Shown piece after piece: positions 1-10,959 of a stretch of 64,000 nucleotides of DNA; positions within the stretch are counted from its first letter, which is position 1, and each line of letters opens with the position of its first letter. Origin of the DNA: Mobula hypostoma. Taxonomy: Eukaryota. The notes below the pieces were generated by a model. It was given only the letters and a program-made list of their open reading frames with translations. It made no database searches and was not told the DNA's origin. The DNA lies in assembly GCF_963921235.1 (NCBI RefSeq), contig NC_086097.1, forward strand, positions 26,414,001-26,478,000. Direction: 5' to 3'. The translations under genes and the position numbers were made by a program.

Positions 1-1115
1 ACACTATACTGCAGTTGTAAAAGTCATTGATGAGACTGCAATTTAAGTACTGTGTACAGATTTGGTCACCATACTACAGTAAAGATCTGACTAAACTGGA
101 AAGAGTGTTGAAAAAAATTACAGATCTGCGCCAGGACTAGGAGGACCTGGGTTATAGAGATATGCTAGCAAGGCTTGGTCTTTATTCCTTTGGAGTATAG
201 GAGAAAGAACGGCGACCTTATGGAGGCTTATAAAATTATGAGGTGCATAGATAATGGGTAACAGTGCCTTTCCAAGGGTTGGGGAATCAAGAATTAGAGG
301 GCACAGGTCTAATGTGAGGGGATAGGATTTAACAGGAACCTGAGAGGCAATGTTGTCATACAGAGTTGTCAGTATATGATTAGATTAGATTATGAGAACA
401 CTCAGTCCTCTTTTATTGTCATTTAGAAATGCATACATGCATTAAAAAATGATACAATGTTTTTCCGGAGTGATATCGCAGAAAACAGGACAAATCAAAG
501 ACTAACACTGACAGAACCACATAATTATAACATATAGTTACAGCAGTGCAAAGCAATACCATAATTTGATGAAGAACAAACCATGGGCACGGTAAAAAAG
601 GAGCCTCAAAGTCCCCGAGTCGATCGACTCCCCGATAGCAGGCGGCAAAAGGGAGAAACTCCCTGCCATAAACCTCCAGGCACCATCAACTTGCCGACGC
701 CTGAGCTACCAGAGGAGGTGGTTCAGGCAGGTACAATAGTATTAATTAAGAAGCACTTGAATAGGTACATGGTGAATCAGAATCAGATTTAATATCACCA
801 GCATATGTTGTGAAATCTGTTAACTTAGTGGCAGCAATACAATGCTGTACATGAGAATACAGAAAAAAAGTAAATCAATTTCAGTAAGTATATATATGTA
901 TATTAAATAGTTAAATTAAAAATAGTGCAAAAACAGAAATAATAAACAAGTGAGGCAGTGTTCATGGGTTCAATGTCCATTTAGGAATCTGATGGCAGAG
1001 GGGAAGAAGCTGTAGTGGCGGGTCTCAGAGAGCTATGGACCGAATGCAGGAAATTGGGACTACCTGGCTGGGCACCATGGTCAGCATGGACTTGTCAGGC
1101 CGAAGGGCCTGTATC
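1..1115 (+). mobile_element. Decayed CR1 LINE 3' end, split by two nested insertions (380-701 and 775-1012)
   Basis: CR1 ORF2 C-terminal DNA (tactgtgtacag..tggtcacc, gacctta..ggaggcttataaaattatgagg) resumes at 702 (tgagctaccagaggaggtgg) and again at 1013, ending in the CR1 3'UTR gggccgaagggcctgt-like motif. Confidence 0.75.
380..701 (-). mobile_element. 5'-truncated non-autonomous retroelement with (TCTAA)n tail, same 3' end as 17955-18580
   Basis: Reverse complement of 381-560 matches about 18400-18580 (aatgcat..aaatgacaataaaagaggactg..catartctaat); it interrupts the CR1 cleanly. Confidence 0.75.
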
Positions 1116-1850
1116 CCACAGGATAGCACCGGGGGAATGATACAGGAGTGGGAATACAGTACATTACTATGTGACTGACAGATGGAAATAGTACTAGGTA
1201 CATGAAGTCCCATGCTGATGATGGCAGAGGAGGAATGGTTGCCAATTCTCAGTCTCAAATATAAAAACAATGGCATCCATAAAAATTAACGTCACTTGTG
1301 CATTGCCCAGGTTATGTAATCCTTTAAAAAGATTCTTTGTGTAATCGGGCTCACTCCCATCAATGATTGCTTTCAATTTCTTGATAGCAAATCATTATTG
1401 GATTGAGCAAAGATCAATACTGGAGAATTGTGCAGTGGATCTCATGAACCTCATCAATCTATACAAACTGCTTATAACATTACAGACAGCACTAGAAAAC
1501 TGGTGAATAATATGACTTAAAAGCACTTAGAGATGTGTATGTTTAAGCATAATGTACCATCTGGTCAATTGGAACTCAACATGTATGCTCTCAAAGGAAA
1601 GCAACTGTTGGGGTTCAAAACATGAGAGCCAAATGTTTTCTCCTCAGCCAGCAGATGATGCCAGTGTCTGTTCTGAATGTGTAACTGGTGAACATTGAAT
1701 AGAAGTTTAATGTTGCCATTACACAGTGAATCACAACTGCAAAACGTTCAAAGTTTCAGCCTATTTACACGAGACACTAAAGGTGGCAGTTGCAATATGA
1801 ACTAACAGGTAATGATATTTGAAGGATTTCATAATACAAGATTCACCATG

Positions 1851-1988
1851 AGTCCTGATGAAGGGTCTCGGCCCAAAAAGTCAACTGTTTATTCATTTGC
1901 ATAGATGCTGACTGACCTGCTGAGTTCTTCCAGCATTTTGTGTGGGTACCTCAAGATATCCAGCATCTGCAGAATCGCTTATGTTTAT
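1851..1988 (+). mobile_element. Penelope pLTR fragment with degenerate hammerhead motif
   Basis: agtcCTGATGAagggtctcggccc-AAAA-agtcaact (GAAA mutated), followed by the family body atagatgctg..ctgctgagttcttccagcattttgtgtg. Confidence 0.8.
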
Positions 1989-2284
1989 CTTCAAATTATC
2001 TTGTACTACCGTCAAGGAGGAGGTACAAGAGCCTGAAGACCTAAAGTCAACAATTCAGAGGCAACTTCCTTCCCCTGCATTATCAGATTTCTGAATGCCA
2101 CGAGCACTACCTCATTATTCCTTTTTAATTACACTATTTATTTCGTAATTTATTATAATTTATAGATCCTTACACTGTACTGCTGCTGCAAAGCAACACA
2201 CTTCATGTCATATAAGACAGCAATAATAAACCTGATTCTGATTATGGGCTGTAAAATTATGCTCTAGTGTAATTTTATGCTGGT

Positions 2285-3238
2285 CGCCATCCACCACAAA
2301 AGGCGGGATTTCCTGATGGCTACTAACTTCAATTTGACTTCCCATTCTGACATATTGGTCCATGGCCCGTCCTACTGGCATGATGAGGCCACACTCAAGC
2401 TGGAGGAGCAACACCTTATAACCTACCTGTGTAGCCTCCAACCTGATGACATCAACACTGATTTCTCCAACTTCGGGTAATTTCTCTCCCACCCCTCCTT
2501 CTCACTTTTTCCATTCCTCATTCTGGTTCTCCTTCACTCCTTTTCTTCTCCTCACTTGCCTATCACCTCCCTCTAGTCCCCTCCTTCTTCCCTCTCTCCC
2601 TTGGTCAACTGTTCTCCATCAGATTGTTCCTGATGTTGGGAAAGTCTGGAATGAGGGGTCACAGTTTGAGGATAAATGGGAAGCCTTTTAGGACCGAGAT
2701 TACCAAAAACTTCTTCACACAGAGAGTGGTGAATCTGTGGAATTCTCTGCCACAGGAAACAGTTGAGGCCAGTTCATTGACTATATTTAAGAGGGAGTTA
2801 GATATGGCCCTTGTGGCTAGAGGGATCAGGGGGTATGGAGGGAAGGCTGGTACAGGGTTCTGAGTTGGATGATCAGCCATGATTGTACTGAATGGTGGTG
2901 CAGGCTCAAAGGGCCGAATGGCCTACTCCTGCACCTATTTTCTATGTTTCTTTTTCAGCCCTTTACCTCTTCCAGCTATCACCTGCCAGCTTCTTACTTC
3001 ATCCCCTTGTCACCACCCACCTTCTCCCTCACCTAACCTATCACCTGCCAGCTTGTACTCCTCCTCCCTCTGCCTTATTCTGGCTTCATTCCCCTCCCTT
3101 TCCAGTCCTGATGAAGGGTCACAGCCCGAGACATCAATTGTTTGTTCCCCTCCATTGGTGCTGCCTGACTTGCTGAGTTCCTCTAGCATCTTGTGTGCGT
3201 CCTCTAGATTTTCAGGATTCACACAATCTCTTGTGTTT
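2285..3238 (+). mobile_element. Penelope-like element 3' part (GIY-YIG C-terminus, 3'UTR, pLTR) interrupted by a CR1 3' end at about 2621-2951
   Basis: ORF 2277-2480 (DEATLKLEEQHLITYLCSLQPDDINTDFSNF) is homologous to the GIY-YIG tail at 4674-4760. Pyrimidine-rich 3'UTR and degenerate hammerhead at 3102-3140. The CR1 insert encodes RGHSLRINGKPFRTE..NFFTQRVVNLWNSLP. Confidence 0.85.
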
Positions 3239-3376
3239 ATAATAAACCTGTTTCTGATTCTGATTATGGGCCTGAGAAATTATGCACTAATGTAACTTTG
3301 TGCTAGTGACCTGAATGGAAAGGAAGTGAAAAATAGCACCACCAACAGAAGAAACAAAACCAAAATTCACTGATCT

Positions 3377-3967
3377 CAGACATCCCACCCTGCAAAAACT
3401 CATTTCAGGGAGGTAGCACCATCAATTTGCGGGAGACTTCCGGGAGAGGTGGGATGTCTGCAATAGAGTAGCTCCTTAGCAGCTGGCCAGCTAGTTTAAA
3501 TAATGTTAGCTATGCTAATGAACGAATAACACCTGTTAAACTCACCTCAACATGTCTTTTACAGTCTTAACCCACCACGGGCAATAGAAAAGTCACTGTT
3601 GCAAACAATGCAGCGAGCAACACTGTCATTATTTTGACCCCTATTAGGCAGCGGTACACTTTAATGTAGTCTGGGGTGACGTACGTTTTATATTTTGTTT
3701 GGAACACTCTGCCATGGCGTGGTCTCGCTCGCGCTCTCTCTCTCTCATGGTCGCTCGCGCGCTCTCAAGCGCTCTCGCTTGCTTTCTCTCTCGCTCGCTC
3801 TCTCTCACGCGCACTCTCACGCTCACTCTCTCTTGCTCTCATGGTCTCTCTCTTGCTTGCTCTCAAAAAATTGATTTCCGTGATATTGTATATAATTTGC
3901 AGGCATCAGGGAACCACTATTAATATGCCGGACACTCCCAGAACTTCCGGGAGAGGTGGGATGTCTG
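3377..3967. mobile_element. Non-autonomous DNA transposon (MITE) with 13-bp TIRs and 6-bp TSD; superfamily uncertain (possibly hAT-related)
   Basis: TIRs CAGACATCCCACC (3377) and GGTGGGATGTCTG (3955-3967); TGATCT on both flanks (3371-3376, 3968-3973); internal (CT/CGCT)n microsatellite at about 3720-3862. Confidence 0.85.
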
Positions 3968-3999
3968 TGATCTCTTAAATCAGCCACACTTTAACATAC

Positions 4000-4145
4000 A
4001 TAAAAAATGCTGGTGAATGCAGCAAGCCAGGCAGCATCTATAGGAAGAGGTGCTATAGATGCTGCCTGGCCTGCTGCATTCATCAGCATTTTTTATGTGT
4101 GTTGCTTGAATTTTCAGCATCTGCAGATTTCCTAGTGTTTACAGA
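4000..4145. mobile_element. Short fold-back Penelope pLTR insertion
   Basis: Inverted pLTR arms (aaatgctggtgaatgcagcaagccaggcagcatctatag / ctatagatgctgcctggcctgctgcattcatcagcattt); ttaacatac repeated at 3991-3999 and 4146-4154. Confidence 0.8.
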
Positions 4146-4384
4146 TTAACATACCTAGTATTAACTGATTAATATAAATTTGTAGCTTTAGCTGGACACA
4201 ATCCTCAACTCTAACTGCAGAATAACGGAAGTGCATCGTATTGCTAGCCTGGAAAAAACCTCGAATTTAGTACCAATGGCGAGATTTTATCAGTGTGCAT
4301 CACCACCACTTTGACAAGAATGAAAATTCCCCTGGTCTTCCATGAATAATGCATTGCCATCTTTCACTCTCCATAAATGGTTGT

Positions 4385-5095
4385 AAACACAAAATAATCT
4401 GGAGATGCTGTTGTCAAAGGAACACTCACAATGCACTGGAGGAACTCAGCAGGTCAGTCAGCATCAGTTGAAAAGATTAGTCGACGTTTCGGGCCAAAAC
4501 CCTTCGTCAGGACTGAAGGAAAAACTTTGGGGAGGATTTGAAGAATGCTGGTAGTCGAAAAAAACAATAATTTGAAAGACAAAGGGGTGGGGGAAGGGAA
4601 GCAGGCAGGTGATTGGCAGGAGAACAATGCGCAGTAGTAGAAGGAGGCGGAACTATGAGGGAGGTGGAGGGAATTACCGGAAGTTGGAGAATTCTATGTT
4701 CATACCAAGGGGCTGGAGACTACCTAGACAGTATACGAGGTGTTGCTCCTCCAACCTGAGTTTAGCCTCATCACGGCAGTAGAGGAGGCCACGTATGGAC
4801 ATATCTGAATGGCAATGGGAAGCAGAGTTAAAGTGGGTGGCTACCGGGAGATCCTGTCTGTCGTGGCGGACAGAGTGGAGGTGCTCGACGAAGCGGTCCC
4901 CCAATCTGCGTCGGGTTTCACTGATGTAGAGGAGGCCGCACCGGGAGCACCGGATGCAATAGATGACCCCAAAAGATTCGCAAGTTAAGTGTTGCCTCAC
5001 CTGGAAGGACTGTTTGGGGCCCTGAATGGTGGCAAGAGAGGAGGTGTAGGGACAGGTGTAGCACTTACGCTTACAGGGATAAGTGCCAGGTGGGA
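4385..5095 (-). mobile_element. Penelope-like element 3' end: GIY-YIG endonuclease, 3'UTR and pLTR with intact hammerhead core
   Basis: The C-terminal part of ORF 4674-5348 reads PCKRKCYTC..CESFGVIYCIRCSRCGLLYISETRRRLGDRFVEH..VATHFN..RLEEQHLVYCLGSLQPLGMN, the Cys-rich linker plus GIY-YIG signature of Penelope/Neptune-type elements. Confidence 0.92.
4479..4514 (-). ncRNA. Minimal type I hammerhead ribozyme motif (PLE-associated), core intact
   Basis: Minus strand reads AGTC CTGACGA AGGGTTTTGGCCC GAAA CGTC GACT: stem I AGTC/GACT, core CUGANGA and GAAA, stem II GGG/CCC, palindromic ACGT stem III, GUC cleavage triplet. Confidence 0.8.
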
Positions 5096-5556
5096 GGTAC
5101 AACACCTTGTATTCTGTCTGGGTAGCCTCCAGACTGATGCCATGAACATCGATTTCTTGAACTTCCTGTAATGCCCACTCCATCTTCACCATTCCCCACC
5201 ATTCCCCATCCCCTTTTCCCTCTCTCACCTCATCTCCTTGCCTGCCCATCGCCTCCCACTGGTGCTCCTCCCCCTTTTCTTTCTTCCATGGCCTTCTGTC
5301 CTCTCCTATGAGACCCCCATTTCTCCAGTGCTGTATCTCTTTCACCAATCAACTTCCCAGCTATTTAATTCATCCCTCCCCCTCCTGGTTTCACCTATCA
5401 CCTTGCATTTCTCTCTTCTCTCCCCCACCTTTTAAATCTGCCCGTCTTTTTTTCTCCAGTCCTGCCGAAGGGTCTTGGTCCAAAACGTTGACTGCACTTT
5501 TTCCATAGATGCTGCCTGGCCTGCTGAGCTCCTCCAGCATTTTGCGTGTGTTGCTT
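5096..5556 (+). mobile_element. Second Penelope-like 3' end (diverged copy), head-to-head with the minus-strand copy
   Basis: QHLVFCLGSLQTDAMNIDFLNF*, then a pyrimidine-rich UTR, a degenerate hammerhead at 5457-5494 and the pLTR body. Confidence 0.85.
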
Positions 5557-7044
5557 AATATTTAAAATCTTATCTTTAAACAAGTGACCTTCAGAAACTA
5601 ATCAGCTGAAGGGCTTGTTTTAATGCTGCAGTGCTCTATAATCCTATGACCTCCCTGAACTGGCCCAGAGGAAGAATAGAGACCAGAGAGAAGCAGAGAT
5701 GGGGCCAGAGATCCTGCGAACTTCAACTGCGAGTGACTTGCCTACAACGTTGTCTGATCAACAATGGCTCACTGCTATAGCATCCTATAGCATGGGATAG
5801 GCAATTTCTATACAGTACTATCAAAATCTAAGCAGGTTCCTGGAAAAAAGAGCCAGTACAACAATCAAGAGAATGCCCAATGTATAGCAGAAATCTGAAG
5901 AAACAAGTATGTGTATTCTTGTCAATTACCCAGCATCCGAAATAGATAAATGAGTTGTAAGATGTTGCAAAGAATGAAGGAATAATAAAAGGGAAGATGC
6001 AGGAGAAAGAAAAAACAATGTTGCAAGGTAAACATAATGGGAAAACAAAAACACAAAAGATAGCTCTAAAATGGGGTGTAACTGAAAAAAGCCGAATCAT
6101 TTCGAAATTGTTCAATTTAGTTTTGAATCCAAAAGTCCGTAATTAAAAGATGAGGTATTATGCTTTAAGCTCACAGCTAAGCTACATAGGAAAATAGTAC
6201 AGCAGCAGATGTTAGACTAAGAGTGGAACAGAAATCTAATGTGATACGTAGTTAGAATCTCAGGATCATACTTGTAAACTGAAGGATCAATGATTAACTT
6301 CATTCGCTAATACATGTACACATATTATGAACTTACTGTAGTGTATTGCCACATTAGGCAACAAAAAGAACAATATTCAACAATTATAAGAATAATTATA
6401 TTTTTAAAAATTAGAGGTTATGGTACGGATACAGAATGGAGATGTCTCATAAAGTTGCAGAGTTATGTTAATATTTCAAACACTTAATAAACAAAATCAT
6501 GAGAAATATGGAAAAAAATAACTCCCCAAAGTTTTTCATTTTGGGGGACAAAGTTATAAATTCCCATATACTTCAAAGATTTAATGGTGGCATTGGGGTT
6601 ACATAATAACAATGACTTTGGGAAAGTTCTCACAAATGTCCTGTTTATTTCAACCCTTATTCATTAGATTCTGATATATTTATCAGACGTACATGTAAAC
6701 AGAGAGTGAAAAGTCTTGTTTGCGTTAACAACCAACACACTTAAGGACGTGCTGGGGCCAGCCTGCAAATGTCATCACACATTCCGGTGCCAGCATAACA
6801 TGCCCACAACACTCGGCAGAACAACAATGAACACAAGAAGCAACAAAGTAACAACAGCAAAACTAGCCCCTTTCCTTCCCATCCACACACACTGGACAGT
6901 CCTCCAACTGCAGGACAGGCATCCAGTCTTAAACTTGGGCCAAACTGGCCTCGACCTCCGATTGACACCCAGACTAGGTGATGTCAGAACCCCGAACTTC
7001 AGGATCAAACGCTGGGTGCGCCAACTCACTTATCATTTAAGTTG

Positions 7045-7182
7045 CAAACACAAGGATATCTGCAGATGCTGGAAATTCAAGCATCTGTCCTGACAAAGGG
7101 TTTCAGCCCAAAACGTCACCTGTACCTCTTCCTATAGATGCTGCCTCCCTGCTGAGTTCCACCAGTGTTTTTTGTGTGTTGC
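7045..7182. mobile_element. Short Penelope pLTR insertion (inverted 3' piece plus direct piece) with 14-bp TSD
   Basis: tatcatttaagttg (7031-7044) and tatcattttagttg (7183-7196); degenerate hammerhead from 7087. Confidence 0.8.
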
Positions 7183-7746
7183 TATCATTTTAGTTGGTTT
7201 ATTTGGCAAGGGCTCATGACTACAGCTCCTATATTTGATTCCCCAGCAACACAGTACATTGATAAATACAGACAGATTAGATTTATGATTTCCATTGGAA
7301 AATACCATGTAATTTAAGTATTTCCAGCACAATTCTAACCTCCTGAATACATGTTAAAATTAATTAATAGTCCTCTAAAATGATTGAAATACATTTTAGT
7401 GAAACTTGTCGCACTTGAGCCCTCACTCAATCTGAATTTACTGGAACTGCAGCTTGTTCTCAGGCTGGGGACCTCGACATTAGACAAGTCAGCAAGCGTC
7501 TATGTTAATATGAGTAATTCACCCCAAGTGTTCAATGTTGCAATAATGAGAACTTTCACTGTGCAACTCAAGTAGTATACAGGCTGATCTTGGATTAGGC
7601 ATAGGTTCCATTCCAGAGAACTGTCTTTCATCCTATTTTACTTTGAAACAGAAATATCTTTTCGGGATCTACCCATATTGCATTATTCTACAAGCACCAT
7701 AATTCTTTCATTAAATAATCACCCACAATTAAATTAATGGAACATA

Positions 7747-8302
7747 TACTCAGAGGCCACTTCATTAGGTACACCACTTGTTAATGCAAATATCAACTCA
7801 GCCAATTATGTGGCAACAACTGAATGCACAGAGGCATGCAGACATGGTCAAGAGGTTTAATTGTTGTTGATACCAAATGTGAGAATGTGGATGAAATGTG
7901 ATCTAAGTGATTTTGACTGTGGAATGATTGTTGGTGCCAGATGGGGTGGTTTGAGTATCTCAAACTGCTGATCTCCTGGAATTTTCATGCACACTAGTCT
8001 CTAGAGTTTACAGAAAATGGTGCAAAACACACAAAAAAAAATCCAGTGAGTGACAGTTCTGTGGGCGAAAATATCTTGTCTAGGAAAGAGGTCAGAGGAG
8101 AATGACCAGACTGGTTCAAGCTGACAGGAAGGGAACACTAACTCAAATAACCACTCATTACAACAGTGGCATGCTGAAGAGCATCTCTGAAAGCACATGT
8201 CGAACCTTGAACTGGATGGGCTACAGCAGCAGACAACCACGAATATGCACTCAGTCACCACTTAATTAGGTATAAGGTAACTAATGAAGTGGCCACTGAG
8301 TG
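7747..8302 (+). mobile_element. Non-autonomous Tc1-type element; partial relatives at about 27975-28352, 33540-34258, 34590-35718, 46248-46365 and 52617-52860
   Basis: TIRs (c/t)actcagWggccacttcattagg ... cctaatgaagtggccactgagtg flanked by TA; internal Tc1 HTH-like remnants; extra internal TIR copy near 8248. Confidence 0.85.
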
Positions 8303-9025
8303 TATACTGTATCTAGTCATTAATAAACACCATGAAACATTTTATTATTAACTTAAAAATTCTTTAAAATGTATGGAGAATTTAGTAGTTTGATTTCTGA
8401 AAGTCAAATCACTCGTAACTCGGGGAACCCCTATACAACACTTCTTTGTTTTTCCAGAAAAACCAAATTTCAAAAGTTAAATTTCAATTTTGGAATGGCA
8501 CAATTCATTGTTCTATCTTGAACCAAAAGTACTGGAATCATAACAAATACACAAGGAGAAAGGTTTGCTGCCATGGAAGGGGTTTGAGGAGGCTCATGTG
8601 GGACATAAAACAGTACTGACTGCCTACAAGAAACTTTACACTCTGTAATCTGACAGCCAATCCAGAAATGCTTAACCCTTTCTCTGGCTGCAGTCTCAGC
8701 CAACAATACATCTTCTCTCAGAGCTTGGATCATCTCCACAACCAACATCCCAATCTCTGCGTTGGCTTTGCAGGTGTGTCAGCAAAGTGTTCCAGAGCAA
8801 GGAGACACATCTCTAGTGAGCTTTACTCCATCAGTAGCTGCTCGCCCATAAATTACATCGAAAGGTGGAAAAATATGGGGGGGCGCTAGTGCGCATGTGT
8901 ATGGATTAGACATGTTTGGTCAGTGCTCCTCTCCGAGACCTCGATAAAATTACTATTATACCATGTTTTATTCATTCGTAGGACAACAGTGTATGTCTAA
9001 ACTAAGTGACTGGAAAAGTTTGACA

Positions 9026-10392
9026 ATGCCGAAGGCAAATAAAGCCAAGACTACCGACTGCCAAACTACCGAAGTTAGTGCTAACAACGGGTCGGTCAAG
9101 AACTTCTCCGCATCTGAGATACCGCCAGATAAAACTTACGCCATGTGCAAGGAATTTGGTCAGGAGATTTCTGAGTCAGTTCTGCGCGGCATTAACAACC
9201 GCTTTGATGTTTTTTGAGGCGCTTGTGGCCTCCCAAGCTGACTTACAAGCCCGTGTGGCTAATCAAAAACTAACCACAAGTGACCTTGAAACACACGTGC
9301 AAGAGCTTGAAGTTAAGTATTCAGAGCTAATGAGACAAAATAGCCAGCTTGAAGCTAGTGCATGACTTAGAGGCTCGTTCCCAGAGACATAATATAGTCA
9401 TAGTCATACTTTATTGATCCCAGGGGAAATTGGTTTTCGTTACAGTTGCTCCATAAATAATAAATAGTAATAGAACCATAAATAGTTAAATAGTAATGTG
9501 TAAATTATGCAAGTAAATTATGAAATAAATCCAAGACCAGCCTATTGGCTCAGGGTGTCTGACTCTCCAAGGGAGGAGTTGTAAAGTTTGATGGCCACAA
9601 GCAGGAATGACTTCCTATGACGCTCTGTGCTGCATCTCGGTGGAATGAGTCTCTGGCTGAATGTACTCTTGTGCCCACCCAGTACATTATGTAGTGGATG
9701 GGAGACACTGACCAAGACGGCATGCAACTTAGACAGCATCCTCTTTTCAGACACCACCGTGAGAGAGTCCAGTTCCATCCTCACAACATCACTGGCCTTA
9801 CGAATGAGTTTGTTGAATCTGTTGGTGTCTGCTACCCTCAGCCTGCTGCCCAGCACACAACAGCAAATGTGATAGCACTGGCCACCACAGACTTGTAGAA
9901 CATCCTCAGCATAATATTAAGATTGTAGGGATACAAGAGGGTGAGGAGGATGGTAATCCTCCTGAATTTGTTTCCAGACTGATTCCCAAGTTGCTCAGGG
10001 AAGAGCATTTCCCATATCCGGTTAAAGTCGATCGCGCGCATTGCTCTCTCCAGCCAAAGTCAGCTGCTGGCGCTAAACCGCGCACCATCTTGGCACGTAT
10101 CCATCACTTTCAAGTGAAAGAGCTGATCCTGCGCCACAGCAGACTACAACTCGTGGAGTAAAAGGGAAGTAAGGTCTTGATCTTCCCGGACTATACTAAA
10201 GAGGTGATGACTCAACGTCGTGCCTTTCGTGATGTACTGCAAACTCTGCGCGATGGAGGAATCAAGCACACCCTGCGGTATCCGGCTAGGCTCTATATTT
10301 ACCATCAAGATGGTAGAGTGCTTAAAGTATATGACGACCCGATAAAAGCAGCACAATTCTTGGAAAGAAATAATGCACTCAAAAGGGAGTAG
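9026..10392 (+). pseudogene. L1 ORF1 (coiled coil plus Transposase_22-like RRM/CTD), frameshifted and interrupted
   Basis: LEARSQRHNI|KIVGIQEGEE, VKVDRAH, IFPDYTKEVMTQRRAF..LRYPARL are typical L1 ORF1p motifs. Confidence 0.85.
9396..9909 (-). mobile_element. Rex1/Babar LINE 3' end inserted in L1 ORF1
   Basis: ORF 9542-9856 (SHPLHNVL..RLIPPRCSTERHRKSFL.VAIKLYN); (ATGACT)n tail; 8-bp TSD cataatat at 9388-9395 and 9910-9917. Confidence 0.88.
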
Positions 10393-10959
10393 ATATATTG
10401 ACACTGTTTATTCAGCTTATATTTGTGCCGGTTTCCATATCGGGATGAGGGGAGGGACTTGCCTGTTATATGTAGTTTTGCAATGTTGTATGCCGCACTG
10501 GGATTTAATTGCAGAGAATGTTCTAAATATTTTTGTTATTATAAAGGTTACATTTGAGTTGGTGTCATGAATGTTCAGCTTCCGGTGCAGACACTGGATA
10601 ACTCACCCCAGCCCTAATAGCATTTGTTTAACGGTATTATATAATTTGTGTTATAAATTTTCTTGGGGGGGGGGGGGTTGTGATAATTGTGTAATGTTAG
10701 TTACCTGCCCAGCAGCTCCTTTTGGGATGGAAATGGGAAACCATGTGTCTGGTTTAGGGAGGCACGAAGGGGGGTGGGTTAGGGTGTGTGTTGTTTCTGT
10801 TTATAGCTCAGACATGCCTTTTTTGGTGTATGTTGTGTTCTTATGAGGTTGCCAGTTATTTTGCATTGTTTACTAAGTTTGTGCTCAACTCTAATAATCT
10901 CTTTTTTTATTCTCATATGCAGAGGCCCTGCAGTAGAATGCAGCTGGGGGGGTAAAGAT

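Noticed and set aside
3644..3978. Low-complexity ORFs (RERE/SLSL)
   Set aside because: Translation artefacts of the (CT)n microsatellite inside the MITE.
4674..5348. 224-aa ORF as a host gene
   Set aside because: It is a chimera of an antisense PLE UTR and a PLE GIY-YIG domain; no evidence of a host exon.
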